Sequence record: SRR31156797_17267
Length of the DNA stretch: 57,721 nucleotides
Direction: 5' to 3' (one strand)
This document shows, one piece after another, positions 10,151 through 19,101 of this stretch. Each line of letters starts with the position of its first letter. Position 1 is the first letter of the stretch. The notes under the pieces were generated by a model. The model was not told the DNA's origin. It did not search any database and worked only from the letters and a program-made list of their open reading frames with translations. A program made the translations under genes and the position numbers.

Positions 10151-10756
10151 TCAATAGTATATCGTTATAGATGTAGCAGAGCTACCTGGTTTAGCATAAA
10201 CTTCCATATTGTGGACATCTTTATGATACGTGAAGTTTCCACCAGGCCTGTAGCCCATCCCTCCCTGATTAACGTCTTTTTTCGTATCTGGAACATAAAG
10301 CACTTCACCAGAGTCAAACACTATCTTGATGGACGGTCCGTATTGTGGGCCAAGTTTGTCGGAAACAAACTTTGACCTAATCACACCATCGATATATATG
10401 GGGCCGGTTCGGCTAATTGTTTCAGTGTTATTGCTACTGCTTTCAGGTTCTTCTTCAGCTTCTTGATCTACTCCAAGAGCATTGTTAATGTCTTCTTCTA
10501 CGTCTTCAACAACTGCTTGAAGAGTAGCTTCAAGACCACTTGTCGTTGCATGTGCTGGTAGAGAACCAAATTCTACCAGTGGCGTCGTCCATTTGTCTGG
10601 AATAACACTGCAACAGGCCAGAGCTGTAGATCCCACAGCAATTTTACGAACGATTTTCCTTCTCTTGTAATCAACTTCTGCCACACTATCACGCGGCACT
10701 TGCTCTTCTTTATACTCTTCTTGAACTGTTGGCACTTTGTCAACATTTCTGCTCAT
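10151..10756 (-). CDS. Exported protein with a twin-arginine-like signal containing a W-x-x-P-x-V...LPAHA motif
   Basis: RBS GAGGT; KRRKIVRK, hydrophobic core, KWTTPLVEFGSLPAHA|TTSG, acidic linker, C-terminal beta-rich domain. Confidence 0.75.
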   Translation of the reverse strand: MSRNVDKVPTVQEEYKEEQVPRDSVAEVDYKRRKIVRKIAVGSTALACCSVIPDKWTTPLVEFGSLPAHATTSGLEATLQAVVEDVEEDINNALGVDQEAEEEPESSSNNTETISRTGPIYIDGVIRSKFVSDKLGPQYGPSIKIVFDSGEVLYVPDTKKDVNQGGMGYRPGGNFTYHKDVHNMEVYAKPGSSATSITIYY

Positions 10757-10837
10757 CTGTTACCTCATGTATAAAAGGAATAGTCAATGTTTCAAGACAG
10801 AATCACTCTACACAAAAGCAGGTAACAATCAAGGTAT

Positions 10838-10866
10838 TTCGACATGTTAATGAAACATTCGACATG
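10838..10866. promoter_or_regulatory. Tandem 9-bp direct repeat, candidate regulator site
   Basis: TTCGACATG at 10838-10846 and 10858-10866 (period 20), upstream of the 10756 start. Confidence 0.3.
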
Positions 10867-10955
10867 AAATCGAAGCGTCAGCTTTATAAAGTTTGTACTT
10901 TTTACTGCACTCCTGACACAATATTTCTGGAAAAAATGGCCTTTTCATAAAGATA

Positions 10956-12080
10956 TCACATTGTAGCAGCAGTATGCCTGAATGCTTTCACCCAACGCCA
11001 GAGGGTACGAGGATGCTCAAAAAATCGTACTTTATAATACTCCCCAGGACTTATACAGCCATAATACACCTGTACCCACCATTGTGATGGCCATATCGTA
11101 TCTTTAGCATATTCTAGTAATCCACATGCTGAAACCTCATTGAAGGATCGCAGCGGCCACCCGGAATATGGTTTTCCTACGTTATCCGGTTGCCTTTCTG
11201 TAGCAAGCGATAATGTCTCAGACACGACGGGGAGCCAGGGGGTTAAAAAATGAAGTCGAGATAAAACTGTAAATACTGAGGGAAAAAAAGCCCTGACCTT
11301 ATCCCAGTCCATCTGCTCATGATACTTTTCAACAAGAGAGACAAGATCTGCAACATGTACCAACCGGAATGGTTCGTACGTCAGCGGCGCACGAAAACCA
11401 TGCAAGTACACATAATACAATGTGGCTTCCAGACTGAGGCTAAAGGCCTCCAAACCGTTCATTGAGAAGCTCATTGCCGATTGCTTCAACCTTTCATAGG
11501 ACATCCACTTATCATGAAGCTCTTTTGGCAGCAATTCACGATGCACTTCAATAGATATTGGCAGCCCTTGAACAACTTTGACCAAAGGTACTAGGTGATG
11601 ATGGTCATCTCCTATTACAGGATGTGCTGTTGGTAAAAATCCTAGTTCAAACAATAAGTGCTGCGCATGATCAACATCTTCTTCTTTAACCATAATGTCG
11701 ATATCCCGCATAGGTCGACAACATGGATCTTGATAAACTGTATGAGCTAGAGCACTTCCTTTAAGCAGAAGAGATTCAATACCCTTTTCTTGAAAAACCG
11801 TCAGAATTTCAGTTAAAGTACTATTACGGATAGCGGTGGACGTTTTTTGCCTCAGATAAAGGCTTTGAAGGAGACGTTTTGTTTGTACAGGAATAATATA
11901 TTCCGTCGAAACGAGATGTTTATACAGAAGAGGGGCAATGCCCTGCCTTTCCGCTTCAAAAATCAAGTCTTCCCAGCTCCACAAATCGCCATCAACGCCA
12001 TTAAGAAGACTCGTCAACCTCCTGTATATTTGATCATGACCACAATCACGCGAACAGAGTGTAAGTATCTTACGAATCAT
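10956..12080 (-). CDS. Nucleotidyltransferase family protein (NTP_transf_5-like)
   Basis: LLLKGSALA...RPMRDIDIMV, IEVHRELL and LVHVADL motifs. Confidence 0.88.
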   Translation of the reverse strand: MIRKILTLCSRDCGHDQIYRRLTSLLNGVDGDLWSWEDLIFEAERQGIAPLLYKHLVSTEYIIPVQTKRLLQSLYLRQKTSTAIRNSTLTEILTVFQEKGIESLLLKGSALAHTVYQDPCCRPMRDIDIMVKEEDVDHAQHLLFELGFLPTAHPVIGDDHHHLVPLVKVVQGLPISIEVHRELLPKELHDKWMSYERLKQSAMSFSMNGLEAFSLSLEATLYYVYLHGFRAPLTYEPFRLVHVADLVSLVEKYHEQMDWDKVRAFFPSVFTVLSRLHFLTPWLPVVSETLSLATERQPDNVGKPYSGWPLRSFNEVSACGLLEYAKDTIWPSQWWVQVYYGCISPGEYYKVRFFEHPRTLWRWVKAFRHTAATM

Positions 12081-12092
12081 AGTTAAATAACT

Positions 12093-12971
12093 TCATTCAT
12101 TACCAAGAACGATAAAAAGCTCATCGAACCCCCTCTCTAACCCCTTGAAATCACTATACGTAACCTGGTAAGCAGGTAAAGATCGGGCTATATTAACTAT
12201 TTTTCTAAACCCATGCCCTTTCAAATTGCGAGCATTAGCACAACAAGCCATGAGCCGAGCACTAACCTGTGCGCCGGAAAGTTTCTCTAATCGTGCTGGC
12301 ATACCTTCCTTATAGGTAGGGAATACTATCAAACCCGGTAAGAGTGAACAGGCGGCATAGTCAGGATTAAGAAGCCGATGAGGAACTATTGCTCCACATT
12401 CATCTTTTATAATAGTATCCTGTGACCCCGTAATTTCGGCAGTAATTGCGTCAACAGACCCAGATTTCAAACAAATTGGTCGCGTAAACGGGACAACCTG
12501 GGAAAGATCACAATCATGGAAAAAAACGAGTTCATCTGTGACGTAAGAAAAGCCATGGGCAATAAGCCAGGCGACAGCAGAACTTTTTCCAGCGCCACTT
12601 TCTCCTGGAAGTAAAACAAGTTTATTCTGGTTGGAAACAGCCCCGGCATGAAGGGCAATTCCACTGCTGTTATAATTAAGCAGGTTATAAATAACAACAT
12701 CGTAGAGAGCCGCCGCTGCCTGCACACCAAGTTTTCCTTCAAACAGAAGCCCTTTTTCCGAAAAAACAGCATAAGTATTGGGCTCATTTCTGGGAAGAAA
12801 TGTCAACTCCAGTTCATACTCCCCCAAGAGCTGCGAAGACACATCACCAAACAAAAATTCAATAAATGCTGCAACCTCATCGGAATCATGACAAATTTTA
12901 ACATGGCGTCCAGCAAAACTGACTTCGAAAACATGCATGTTTACAAACTCCAACTCATGAGATGTAATCAA
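12093..12971 (-). CDS. HprK-related P-loop kinase
   Basis: ALHAGAV, Walker A GESGAGKSS, YVTDELV. Confidence 0.85.
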   Translation of the reverse strand: MITSHELEFVNMHVFEVSFAGRHVKICHDSDEVAAFIEFLFGDVSSQLLGEYELELTFLPRNEPNTYAVFSEKGLLFEGKLGVQAAAALYDVVIYNLLNYNSSGIALHAGAVSNQNKLVLLPGESGAGKSSAVAWLIAHGFSYVTDELVFFHDCDLSQVVPFTRPICLKSGSVDAITAEITGSQDTIIKDECGAIVPHRLLNPDYAACSLLPGLIVFPTYKEGMPARLEKLSGAQVSARLMACCANARNLKGHGFRKIVNIARSLPAYQVTYSDFKGLERGFDELFIVLGNE

Positions 12972-13243
12972 TTTTCTAAATAGGCAACATCATGATCAAC
13001 AAGCTGACTGATAACTGTAATTACATCTTTTTCAATAGTGGAACTGCTATCCGGGTACGCCTGTTTAAGTAGCTCGATTATATCAGCAAGTCGATGGGTA
13101 CCATCGCATAATTCCCAGATCAACGCACCACTTTCATTCAGGTAAATTGATGTGGTTAATGAAGGGTGATAGACAGCGATATCATTATCAATTCGCTCTA
13201 ATATGAAATCTGGTTTAAGGCAAACACGCTTGTAAGCATCCAT
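12968..13243 (-). CDS. PqqD family protein / RiPP recognition element (RRE)
   Basis: 91 aa with LNESGALIWELCDG, IIELLKQAYP, DVITVISQL; 4-bp overlap with the kinase gene. Confidence 0.9.
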   Translation of the reverse strand: MDAYKRVCLKPDFILERIDNDIAVYHPSLTTSIYLNESGALIWELCDGTHRLADIIELLKQAYPDSSSTIEKDVITVISQLVDHDVAYLEN

Positions 13244-13774
13244 ACAAATTCCACCAGTAATTTAGTTCAGTTATAATTAAAAGAGGATAACAATCAGACA
13301 ACGATTAATTTCTTGAGAGGCTCCCCTGCACACAACCTTAAAAAGGGGAGCAATTTAAGGTTGAAAAAATGAAGCAACAAAATGATCGGTGAAGCCGCCA
13401 TTGCCAATGGTGATCTCAAAATCATGAAAGGTTTGCTAAAGGGCAGATGCAAACGCCCCATCAATAAAAACACCTTATTAAAACAAGAAATAATTACAGA
13501 AACGACACGCATGTCGAAACGGTAATCTGAGGAAGCAATAGAAAGAACATAAAAAATGTTAATGATAATGGAGATTGTGCCAAAGCTGACAATTCTTGAA
13601 CAGAATGTGGTTTCGTATCCGGACGGTAATACACAAATACAATATTCACCCACAGAAAAGGCAGATAAGTTAAGAACCAGGTAACGCGAAATTTCTGGCG
13701 TGCAACCAGCTTTCCTTTCACCTAGACAGCCGAGTGCCTCTCACCATAGACCAGAGTGCATAACAGGTTACATT

Positions 13775-14257
13775 TTATGGCAAAAATTGAATTTCATGCC
13801 ACTTAGCATATGCCCCGTGACCACTCCCACAAGGATATGTTTCTTGACCATAAAATGCTATACTGTCCCCCTTATTAATGCGTAACCGGCCAGCAGTTAT
13901 GACTTTGTTTTGATCAGGAAACTCCCAAGGGGATTCATCACACATAAGGCGACCCCAAGCATATGGATAATTCCCGGAATCAACAACCTCGCCGTTTATA
14001 GATAAACGATAGGGAGGGGCGCCATCTCTTTCTGCCTGTACTTTAATCTGTACATTATACAAACCGGATTCACCTGGAAACGTAGCGGTACACGTCCCAC
14101 TACCGCTGCCCGCCCTTAAGCCTAGGGCACCATCTCTTTCAGTCCAGCCGAGTGTACAGTTAAAATCAGAGAAAGCATTTAATACCACGGGTGAAGTCGC
14201 AGGCACTCCACCGGCAAGACAAGCTATTAATAAAAGATATTTAGACACTATGAACAA
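13775..14257 (-). CDS. Small secreted beta-sandwich-like protein (possibly carbohydrate-binding-module-like)
   Basis: N-terminal hydrophobic signal, four Cys in the mature part, TFPGESGLYNVQI...YRLSINGEVV pattern. Confidence 0.65.
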   Translation of the reverse strand: MFIVSKYLLLIACLAGGVPATSPVVLNAFSDFNCTLGWTERDGALGLRAGSGSGTCTATFPGESGLYNVQIKVQAERDGAPPYRLSINGEVVDSGNYPYAWGRLMCDESPWEFPDQNKVITAGRLRINKGDSIAFYGQETYPCGSGHGAYAKWHEIQFLP

Positions 14258-14261
14258 TAAG

Positions 14262-14495
14262 TTAAAGGGTTAATAAGATATGAGGTCACTTGGCATATGC
14301 CCTGTGACGACTCCCACAAAGATACGTCTCTTGGCCATAAAATTCAATCCTCTCGCCATTATTAATTCGAAAACATACAGTACTTACACTTTTATTGTCA
14401 CCAGTCCATTGATTATACGGAATATTTCATCTGGCGACCGCATGAATATGGTCAGTGACCAGAATGAACACTGTTGTTTTTATGGATAAACGAAT
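14262..14495 (-). pseudogene. Degenerate paralog of the 3' half of 13775-14257
   Basis: Minus strand reads RLSI-(fs)-NNSVHSGH*PYSCGRQM...FRINNGERIEFYGQETYLCGSRHRAYAK*; the intact gene reads RLSINGEVVDSGNYPYAWGRLM...LRINKGDSIAFYGQETYPCGSGHGAYAKW. Confidence 0.8.
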
Positions 14496-14526
14496 GACGC
14501 AACCTATTACATCACTCATTGAGGAA

Positions 14527-15837
14527 TTATCCAGTTAATTGCCGTATACTTACTTCAGAATCGAGATCAAAGATACCGATGCTGGATTTTGCAGACACCA
14601 CCTCAAAAGTAATAACATCATAACGCCGATCGTAAACAACATACTCACCCTCTTCGAATCCAGCGCAACCAAATGAAAGCAGGTACCCTCCAGGATTGAG
14701 CATCATACGATGTTCGAACTCGGTGAGAATGATATCACCCTTGTGAACCGTTCCAATTTCTTTTTCCTTGTACAATGTGTTGGTGCCGCACAGGTCAAAC
14801 CCTTTGACATCTTTTATAGTATAAGCGGTGATCGGGTTAACCACTGTTTCATGGAACAAAGTCTTGAACCAGAAACGATACCGCTCACCATGGGTAAACG
14901 TATGAGACCCTTTTTCTGACAAGGAATCGACTCCAACCTCAATGATTTCCGCCCGTCCATTACCGTAACGATTTTCTTCAGGATTGAGCTGATATCTACG
15001 TTCTGAGTTGCGCATGTGTGAGGCAACTTTTTTTCGGGGCTCATCTTTTTCGATGTCGTCCTGGTCAGCAAAGCAGTTTACAACCATACGGTTATATTCA
15101 TCGACCACCTCTTTTGCGTCTCCGGATTTAACAAGCCTCCCCTTTTCGAGCAAGAAGGCCTTGTTACAATACCTGGTAACCAGATCCATCGAATGGGTTA
15201 CAAATAATATTGTCACGCCTTTTTCTTGAAACTCTCTAAACTTAGCGAAACATTTGGCCTGGAACTGCGTATCCCCGACGGAAAGTGCTTCATCAACAAT
15301 AAGAATACTTGGGTTCACATTAATGGCAACGGCAAAGGCCAACCTTATATACATTCCGCTGGAATAACTTTTCACAGGCTGGTCAATAAATTCTCCTATA
15401 TCTGCAAAGGATGCAATATCAGCAAAACACGCTTCAACCTCGCTGCGACTCATTCCAAGAATAGAACCATTAAGAAACACATTCTCCCTGCCAGAAAACT
15501 CTGGGTTGAACCCGGCCCCAAGTTCAAGCAGTGCAGATATTCTACCATCAACCTGTATTTTACCTTCTGTAGGCTGGAGAATACTGCAAATTATTTGCAA
15601 GAGTGTGGATTTTCCGGACCCGTTACGTCCGATAATACCGACTGTTTCCCCTTTGTGAATATCAAGAGAGACATTCTGCAAGGCATAAAACGGTGTATGA
15701 TAATTCTTTTCCCCAAAGCCCCAAAGGAGATCCTTAATCCGATCAAGCTGACGACTATACAGCCGAAATTTCTTACTTACGTCTTCAAGGGAGATAACAG
15801 GCAATGTATTATTGTGCATTTTAATAGCCCTCACCAC
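14527..15837 (-). CDS. wzt: Polysaccharide ABC transporter ATP-binding protein with C-terminal carbohydrate-binding domain
   Basis: GRNGSGKST, LLELGAGFNPE, YSSGMYIRLAFA, DEALSVGD, C-terminal RYGNGRAEI...GTNT extension. Confidence 0.93.
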   Translation of the reverse strand: MVRAIKMHNNTLPVISLEDVSKKFRLYSRQLDRIKDLLWGFGEKNYHTPFYALQNVSLDIHKGETVGIIGRNGSGKSTLLQIICSILQPTEGKIQVDGRISALLELGAGFNPEFSGRENVFLNGSILGMSRSEVEACFADIASFADIGEFIDQPVKSYSSGMYIRLAFAVAINVNPSILIVDEALSVGDTQFQAKCFAKFREFQEKGVTILFVTHSMDLVTRYCNKAFLLEKGRLVKSGDAKEVVDEYNRMVVNCFADQDDIEKDEPRKKVASHMRNSERRYQLNPEENRYGNGRAEIIEVGVDSLSEKGSHTFTHGERYRFWFKTLFHETVVNPITAYTIKDVKGFDLCGTNTLYKEKEIGTVHKGDIILTEFEHRMMLNPGGYLLSFGCAGFEEGEYVVYDRRYDVITFEVVSAKSSIGIFDLDSEVSIRQLTG

Positions 15838-15840
15838 CCG

Positions 15841-16656
15841 TTACAAAACATCGGCAAATTGGGGTTTCAATCGTAAAAAAATCATAGTGCCACAGATAAA
15901 AATGACGATCGTAAACAACCAGAAATAAGCAGTCTGCACAGGATGGTGCCAAAACGGTATCCCATAAATAAATGAATCCCGATATCCCTGAACTACATAA
16001 TATACGGGGTTTAATTTGAGTAACTTCTGAATAGTAGCCGGCATCATGTTGATATCCCAAAATATTGGTGTAGCCCAAAATCCGATTTGTATTAAAACAT
16101 TTACCAAATGCGCTATATCACGGACAAAAACATTCAAAGATGCCAGAATCAATGCTATTCCGATGGATAGAAACCACAAACAAAAAAGATAATATGCTCC
16201 CTGAAAGAAAAATAGAGAGAAAGGGATTCCCTGAAAAAATAAAAGAAAAAACAAAATAACAAGAAAAAATAAATGGGAAACAAAGCCGGAAATGATTTTA
16301 ACAACAGGAAGTATTTCAGATGGAAATAGAGTTTTTTTCACTAGGTTGGCATGGGTTATAATGGCTGATGCCGATCCAACAATCACATCTGAGAAATAGA
16401 ACCATGGTGACATACCCGCTGTCAGCCAGACAACAAAAGGGACATCGCCCAAAGGCTTTACTCTAAATCCAACACTAAAAATAAACCAAAAAACAAAGAT
16501 CATTATAAGGGGATGAATAAAAGCCCAGAATATCCCTAGAAGCGACCCTGCATACAAGGTCTTAACTTCTCGCTGTGCCAATGATCCAATCAATTGCCTT
16601 TGGGTAGCAATACTTTTAATAAACTTGAGACAGTATAAAAATAGGTGAGAACTCAT
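15841..16656 (-). CDS. wzm: Polysaccharide ABC transporter permease
   Basis: YAGSLLGIFWAFIHP, NLVKKTLFP, WATPIFW, LNPVYY, FADVL end. Confidence 0.93.
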   Translation of the reverse strand: MSSHLFLYCLKFIKSIATQRQLIGSLAQREVKTLYAGSLLGIFWAFIHPLIMIFVFWFIFSVGFRVKPLGDVPFVVWLTAGMSPWFYFSDVIVGSASAIITHANLVKKTLFPSEILPVVKIISGFVSHLFFLVILFFLLFFQGIPFSLFFFQGAYYLFCLWFLSIGIALILASLNVFVRDIAHLVNVLIQIGFWATPIFWDINMMPATIQKLLKLNPVYYVVQGYRDSFIYGIPFWHHPVQTAYFWLFTIVIFICGTMIFLRLKPQFADVL

Positions 16657-17141
16657 TACATCACGGCTTAATTATCAAAAACATTTATTAACGATCTTCC
16701 TCTAGGCCTTCCTTACAACTTCCTTTTAGAGGATTCAATCACCTGCTGTTCGTTCGGTGGACCACTATTTCTCGTACCACACCCGGTAAAATGTACAGTA
16801 ACGGGTAAAAAACAAATACCTATATTTCTACAATTTGATAAAAAAATCACCCCGCTTCCACCTGAAATAGCGAGGAGTTGCATATTGCAACTTAAATTGC
16901 TTGAAGTGGTTCTTTAATCTCTTCTTCATCACCAATATGGATCTCTCCGAACGCCATCGGCCCATTAGTGGAAAAGTTATGCAACCCCTTGGACATTGTC
17001 AAAATACGTCTCTCAGCCCGACCGGACGGCATTTTCTCACCGGCCGCCCTTCCGCAAACACACTGGAAAGCTATGCAGCTGCTAGCATACCTTTCTTACC
17101 ACATGTGCTGGTTACACCATATCTATCTTCCTGATTCCCCA

Positions 17142-18641
17142 TCAAAATGATTCGCCTGTTTTTTCGAGATAAATTCTTGATCCTCTAACGACACCATACT
17201 GTCTATGAGATCTCAACCAAATTTTATTTGAATCTGGAATCTTAAAAGTAGGTTTACCAAGCCTGGTACCATTTTCTTTTGAAACAACGAAGAAATTTGA
17301 GGAAATAACAAACACGAATACTAAAAACGCTGACAATCCGTATCCTACAAACTTACCCCTTTCATCTTTAAATAACCCGGGGATCCCCCCAATAACAATA
17401 CTCATACTTGTTATAAGGGGTAACATCCAAAGCCATCGCCACGAGGCCGTTGCGTAAGTAGCATGGGCAATAGTTTCTGAGGTCCATGGTATTGCGAGCA
17501 TCAAAACAGCGAGAGCTACAAAATTTCTGTAACTTTTTTTAACAGACTCATTGGTAACAAATAGCGGGCTAACGACAAAACAGAAAAGAGAAAACCACCC
17601 GCGGTACCCGCTGCCCAAAACAAAGCGAAGCATTTCAAAATTAGTCGTATGCTGATGAACGCCGTATTGGGAGTGCACAGCGCTGCGAGTATGACCAAAA
17701 TAGGTTTTCATAACGAGGCCCAGCGCCAGCGGCACCAGCAAACTTAAAGCTAGAAAGGCATTCTTTTTAATTTCATTTCGTGAAAAACGGATATTAGAAA
17801 GCACCAACACTAAAAGTAACAACGGTCCAACAATAATCCCGGTTAGAGTAAACCCGACACCGGACAACAGCACAAAAATTAGAAAAACAGCATCCCTCTT
17901 TCTGTAACTTTGCTGATATTTGAAAAAATAATAAAATATTGCAGGAATGATCAATGTGACAAAGCATGCCTTTCCCTGAAACATTCTGACAAAACCAAAA
18001 TTGGCATGGGTCCGGTGCACATCCCCCCATGTCACCATCACGATAAAGAAAAACAACATTCCCACTACCCATTCTTCCTGTACAAGAAGCCTTAACAACC
18101 TCCATTGCATTATCGTGGCCAGAACTGCCATTATAGAAGGAACAACTAAATAATAGGAGAAAAGTACTGGGATACCGGTAATAAGAGTCAGGGAAGATTT
18201 TAAAAATTCATAATAAGAGAGTGTGTACCCTTTAAGCATTCTCGTAGGGATCTCCCTAATAGGAGTATCGGGATAATCTAAGATTATGATTGACAACCCG
18301 AGATAGGTCTTATCGTCGCCGTCAGGCCTATCAAGACACAATGTTAAAAACACCGAAAAACCTACAAACAGACAGAGAAACAACAATTCCTTATACGGCA
18401 GCCGACCCCATATTTCATCTCTGTAGGAAAAGCATACCACCAAAGAAACTGTCGCAACAATACAGACACCACTCACCATGAGCAAGACAATGAAATCAAG
18501 CCCAATAAAATAGCCAATCAATCCGATCAGGGTAAAACAGGCATAAGCCGGAAAGAACAAATCTGACAATATCTCGATGTATTTTGAAGACATAACTGGT
18601 CGCCACATAAAAGAGAGGAGCTTTCCGAGTTTCTCAGCCAC
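17142..18641 (-). CDS. Polytopic membrane protein, DUF6077-like / putative GT-C glycosyltransferase
   Basis: About 12 hydrophobic segments, acidic DGDDKTY loop after early TMs, RMFQGK, WRWLW. Confidence 0.55.
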   Translation of the reverse strand: MAEKLGKLLSFMWRPVMSSKYIEILSDLFFPAYACFTLIGLIGYFIGLDFIVLLMVSGVCIVATVSLVVCFSYRDEIWGRLPYKELLFLCLFVGFSVFLTLCLDRPDGDDKTYLGLSIIILDYPDTPIREIPTRMLKGYTLSYYEFLKSSLTLITGIPVLFSYYLVVPSIMAVLATIMQWRLLRLLVQEEWVVGMLFFFIVMVTWGDVHRTHANFGFVRMFQGKACFVTLIIPAIFYYFFKYQQSYRKRDAVFLIFVLLSGVGFTLTGIIVGPLLLLVLVLSNIRFSRNEIKKNAFLALSLLVPLALGLVMKTYFGHTRSAVHSQYGVHQHTTNFEMLRFVLGSGYRGWFSLFCFVVSPLFVTNESVKKSYRNFVALAVLMLAIPWTSETIAHATYATASWRWLWMLPLITSMSIVIGGIPGLFKDERGKFVGYGLSAFLVFVFVISSNFFVVSKENGTRLGKPTFKIPDSNKIWLRSHRQYGVVRGSRIYLEKTGESF

Positions 18642-19101
18642 CTAAGTTCGGTTGAGCACCCAAGAAATATGAGATATTATTACGATTAAAATGAACCTAG
18701 ATACCGTTAGGTGCAACTGCAAGAATGTCGTTTTAGCGGATCACCTGCAATAGATCGACCGTTCCTTTCAAAGGATAGGTGAATTAACAAAAACTGTTTA
18801 CTCAGTGAAGGGCGAGCCCTACAAGTGCTCCACTTCGTCACCCTGCTCTTAAAAAGAAAACAGCTGCTGCAGAGGCAATTACGATGGCGAGAGGAATCCT
18901 CTTCCCGCCTCCTACTCAAGGGCTGCTAAGCCGTTGATGTCCCTCTCTGGTTATCGGCAACTTTTTTCCAAAGTAAACATTAGGTACCTGGCAGGAGTAA
19001 GTTCACAATAAAATTCAGTATCAGCAATTTACATCAAGGTTCTCACTAAAAAAATCCTCAGCGTTTTCAAAAAAGGCTTCTTTCTCTATTATCCAGCCTT
19101 T

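Noticed and set aside
13294-13721. Two overlapping hydrophobic minus-strand ORFs as a frameshifted membrane gene or a RiPP precursor
   Set aside because: No recognisable motif or RBS; hydrophobicity is expected from T-rich DNA.
14262-14460. TGA codons in the paralog copy as selenocysteine
   Set aside because: They align with Tyr and Trp rather than Cys and come with frameshifts, which indicates decay.
14280-14489. Similar plus-strand ORFs 13700-13885 and 14280-14489 (ICPVTTPT) as duplicated peptide precursors
   Set aside because: They are antisense shadows of the minus-strand gene and its pseudogene copy.
15226-15876. Long antisense ORFs (also 21561-22250, 30551-31111, 54929-55486, 57079-57594)
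   Set aside because: They overlap well-supported genes on the opposite strand and have no motifs.
16660-17140. Possible gene remnant between wzm and the DUF6077-like gene
   Set aside because: Only short ORFs with no recognisable family.
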